Shown here: one piece after another, positions 61,024 through 64,000 of the stretch | Position numbering within the stretch: the stretch's first letter is position 1 | Layout of the letters: every line of letters begins with the position of its first letter | NCBI GenBank assembly: GCA_947465495.1 | Contig: CANIAS010000003.1 | Span: 20,503 to 84,502 of the forward strand | Direction: 5' to 3' | Length of the DNA: 64,000 bases | DNA from: Candidatus Pollutiaquabacter sp. | Lineage (GTDB): Bacteria; Bacteroidota; Bacteroidia; AKYH767-A; 2013-40CM-41-45 | Made by a program: the position numbers and the translations under genes | Notes under the pieces: generated by a model | The model's database searches: none | Told to the model about the DNA's origin: nothing | What the model saw: only the letters and a program-made list of their open reading frames with translations

Positions 61024-62324
61024 GCAGTAGCAGCTTTTACAATCTGCTCGTAGCACGAACGCCATCCGTTCCACGGCGATCGGTCAGACAACGATTCATT
61101 GTGCCATAAGGAGATGAAAGTACCTCCAACTTCTTTTACTTCACGGATCAGTGGCGAAACACGCGCCATTATTTCATCCGGTTGTAATAACATATAATGA
61201 CGCAACGTAGCATCCATTACGGCAAAAGGATAAATACGCAACGTTGTTTCTTGCTCTGTGCCCAAGTCGTAAAAATTATACGGGGAACAGATGCCAGCTC
61301 TGAAACCAATCTCTTGCGCATATCCCATAGTGTGCTCTTCGGTAATATCACAATTGATAAGTTGTCGGTAGGTTTCCGGGAATCGCATGCGCAGAAAATG
61401 CTGGCGGCTGATAGTCACATCTCGTCGAATAATCTTACTCAAACGTGATTGCTCAAGCTGTATCCGTTGCGGATCGTCATTCGACTTGAAAGAAGGATGG
61501 ATGCCGCACTGATTATAATCAGCAATTGATTTTATTAACGAGCGAAATCTTCGTCGCGATGTGGATACGTTTTTGTCATATTGTGCATAATCTCCAAGCA
61601 GGAAAAAATAAATACACTTGATATTGTATTGGTTTCGTATGCGATCGAGTTCTTCATACGTGTCATAAGGATCTTGCTTCTTGCCCATAACGACTGAAAG
61701 TCGCTCATGGATGTTGGCAAAGTCCAACTGAAGCAAGGCGCGTAAAAAAGCACCGCCAGTACGAAGCATCCCTTTCTCACGGAAGGCCCAAGCATTATCG
61801 ATGTCTATGGTCGAAATATAGTTGTAGGTTCCTTGAACTACTGGCAATCCCGGATAGTGCTGCTTCAAAACTTCTCCTATACGTATAGCCCAACGATTCA
61901 CTACGGCTTGCTGCAAAAAACCTTTTGTATAAGCTAGACTTTGCCTCGCATCGTAGCGGTCGTATTGATCTCGTTGATGTGGTAAGTACTCTTCATAACG
62001 TGTGACCAGGTAGAATGCGGCAGCAAACGGGTCAAATGGCATGAGGAACTTAGGATGCGTTGCAAAGAAGGCCTTAGAGCCTTCCCAGTCGAAAACGGAA
62101 ATCTCTTGTGGTCGGATACCTCTTTCAAAAAGAAGTGTAGTAGCATAAAAAAATGGCTCATTACTGACAGGCTTATCAGCATAGGAGAACTTCGGTCCTT
62201 GGTGTAAGAGAAATTCCTGTTCATCGTGGCTGATATGGTACTCTAATCCGACTAATTCTTTAAGAATTAAGTCAAATATATACTTCAGCCGGTAGGATGA
62301 ACGTGGAGAATAAACCAATAACAT
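61020..62324 (-). CDS. Polysaccharide deacetylase-like protein (DUF7033-like N-terminus)
   Basis: D.FAAAFYLVTRYEEY, TIDID, GIHPS, RQHFLR, GFRAG.C, SLWHN. Confidence 0.78.
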   Translation of the reverse strand: MLLVYSPRSSYRLKYIFDLILKELVGLEYHISHDEQEFLLHQGPKFSYADKPVSNEPFFYATTLLFERGIRPQEISVFDWEGSKAFFATHPKFLMPFDPFAAAFYLVTRYEEYLPHQRDQYDRYDARQSLAYTKGFLQQAVVNRWAIRIGEVLKQHYPGLPVVQGTYNYISTIDIDNAWAFREKGMLRTGGAFLRALLQLDFANIHERLSVVMGKKQDPYDTYEELDRIRNQYNIKCIYFFLLGDYAQYDKNVSTSRRRFRSLIKSIADYNQCGIHPSFKSNDDPQRIQLEQSRLSKIIRRDVTISRQHFLRMRFPETYRQLINCDITEEHTMGYAQEIGFRAGICSPYNFYDLGTEQETTLRIYPFAVMDATLRHYMLLQPDEIMARVSPLIREVKEVGGTFISLWHNESLSDRSPWNGWRSCYEQIVKAATA

Positions 62325-62442
62325 AGTAGCCGTCCAGTGAACGCTACTAAGATACGTTTATTGTGGCAATTTGTGCCAGTCCAACCAGCCACGTAGATTA
62401 ACTTGTCGTGCTGGTAAAAGTGAAGGATTCGTAGGTGTTAAT

Positions 62443-63222
62443 TTAGAGCAGTCCACTTCCAAGCCCAAGTGCAATGACCAATAAAAGTACCGCTACGGTT
62501 AATTGAATAAAACGTAAGGTCACCTTCTTGAAAAGACGGTTTCCCAGATAGGCGCCAGTCATTGCGGAAAGAGTCGCACAAATGATCAATGGATAATGAA
62601 CGGATAATCCTTTCTCAAAGAAGTGGGAAGAATAAACACCGAGACGGGTGAAATCGACGAAACAAGATACCACCACCGCGGTACCTAAGTAAGCTTCTTT
62701 AGTCAATCCGGATTTTATTAAAAAGGCACTGCGCAGCGCTCCTTGATTGCCGGATAGCCCACCGAAAAATCCGCTCAAGGCGCCGCCGATGATGAGCTTG
62801 TCTTTCGAGAACCGAAGGTTCGATAAAGCTGGAATTAGGTCCATGGCAGAGAAGAAAAGCAATAATAAAGCGATAACGAATTTCATGGGATAAACCACCA
62901 TTATTCGGTTTTTTATGGCATAGGAAAACAAAGGGGTGAGATCGGATAATCGTAGCAACATCCAGGCGCCTAGGAGGGATGCAAGTATAGCCGGCACACC
63001 GAATTTTAGCAAGACTCTTTTATCAGCGTTTTTCCCAACCAACGTCAACTTGAATAGATTGTTGAAGAAATGAACAATCCCTGTCAACGCAATGGACACA
63101 TCTACCGGAAAGAAAATCATAAACACTGGCGAGAGTAGTGTTCCTAATCCAAAGCCTGAAAAAAAGGTCAGTATAGCTGCAAAGAATGCAGTCAGACAAA
63201 TAACAGTAAGCGCGGTAGTCAT
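62443..63222 (-). CDS. TauE/SafE (TSUP) family exporter
   Basis: FFSGFGLG, GALSGFFGGLSG.QG, about 8 TM helices. Confidence 0.85.
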   Translation of the reverse strand: MTTALTVICLTAFFAAILTFFSGFGLGTLLSPVFMIFFPVDVSIALTGIVHFFNNLFKLTLVGKNADKRVLLKFGVPAILASLLGAWMLLRLSDLTPLFSYAIKNRIMVVYPMKFVIALLLLFFSAMDLIPALSNLRFSKDKLIIGGALSGFFGGLSGNQGALRSAFLIKSGLTKEAYLGTAVVVSCFVDFTRLGVYSSHFFEKGLSVHYPLIICATLSAMTGAYLGNRLFKKVTLRFIQLTVAVLLLVIALGLGSGLL

Positions 63223-63257
63223 CCGATGTGATTCATGAAGTGGTTCAGTGAAGTGGT

Positions 63258-64000
63258 TCAGTGAAGCGGTCTTTTTTTAATCATACCTCCTTTGGTGTCT
63301 TTCACGGGATGCATTACAACGAAAGCGGTCTCATCGATTAGCGTTATTTCTGTTTTGAGTCGATTCAGTTCCAGTCTTGTAACTACTGTAAAGACAATTT
63401 CTACCTCGGCATTTTCATGAGTGCCATATCCTCGTCTGCCATGATACAGCGTGACTCCTCGCCCTAATTTTTGAATAATCATCATGCGGAGTGCTTCGCT
63501 ATGGTCGGAAATAATGGTCACTCCAACATATTCTTCAATTCCCTCTACCAGAAAATCCAACGTTTTGGAAGCTACCATATAGGTGATCATGGAATATAGG
63601 GCGTTGTCGATGCCAAGTAGGTAAGCAGCAGCACTAAAGATTATAATGTTAATGAAGATGATGATATCTCCGATGGAGGCACCTGTCTTGCGACTCATGT
63701 AAATAGCCAGCACCTCCGTGCCGTCAATCACTGCTCCTCCGCGCATTGCCAATCCAATACCTGCTCCTAGGAAAAAGCCGCCGAATACAGCCACTAGCAA
63801 GTTGTCCTGTGTGATATCTGGAAAATGAACGAATGCCAAACAAAGCGAAAGTCCTGTAATTGCAATCGTTGTTTTGAATGCAAAAGTTTTCCCCATCACT
63901 TTATATCCCAAAATAACGAATGGAATGTTTATCGTGATAATCAGTTTGTAGAGGGGAGCTTGTGCGATTTCTGCAAGTAGTAGAGAGATACCGGTGGCCC
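63258..64000 (-). CDS. YitT family membrane protein (5' end outside the window)
   Basis: INIPFVILGY upstream of the track's Met, GG.FLG.GIGL.MRGG.VIDGTE, RGVT...G..GY, C-terminal DUF2179-like domain. Confidence 0.88.
   Translation of the reverse strand, partial: ATGISLLLAEIAQAPLYKLIITINIPFVILGYKVMGKTFAFKTTIAITGLSLCLAFVHFPDITQDNLLVAVFGGFFLGAGIGLAMRGGAVIDGTEVLAIYMSRKTGASIGDIIIFINIIIFSAAAYLLGIDNALYSMITYMVASKTLDFLVEGIEEYVGVTIISDHSEALRMMIIQKLGRGVTLYHGRRGYGTHENAEVEIVFTVVTRLELNRLKTEITLIDETAFVVMHPVKDTKGGMIKKRPLH

Overview
Core-chromosome segment of a Bacteroidota bacterium. The assignment rests on T9SS C-terminal sorting domains, many TAnnTTTG -7 promoter elements and near-absent Shine-Dalgarno sequences. 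About 55 genes: manC (partial), an aminotransferase, sprT-like, feoAB with a Fur-box-like site, mlaEF, a hydroxyproline epimerase, two T9SS adhesin-like paralogs, gcvP, hemL, kynU-kmo, a PD40/Omp85 protein, gyrB, dnaX, HU, a split phenylacetate cluster (paaABCD-G and paaZ), glycosyltransferases, ftsE, a TPR plus beta-barrel pair, rlmD, rpsF-rpsR-rplI, a TolC/HlyD/degenerate-ABC exporter, upp and others. I saw no tRNA, rRNA, CRISPR array, transposase or prophage. Most notable: (1) a ~165-nt multi-hairpin 5' leader of paaZ that also holds an unannotated uORF; (2) an A10 slippage site in dnaX followed by a -1-frame stop; (3) strong SDs restricted to rpsR/rplI; (4) a type I secretion-like pump with a degenerate ATPase next to a decayed sbtA remnant; (5) small proteins missed or left unnamed by the ORF track. 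All calls come from reading the sequence and recalling families; no searches or folding programs were run.
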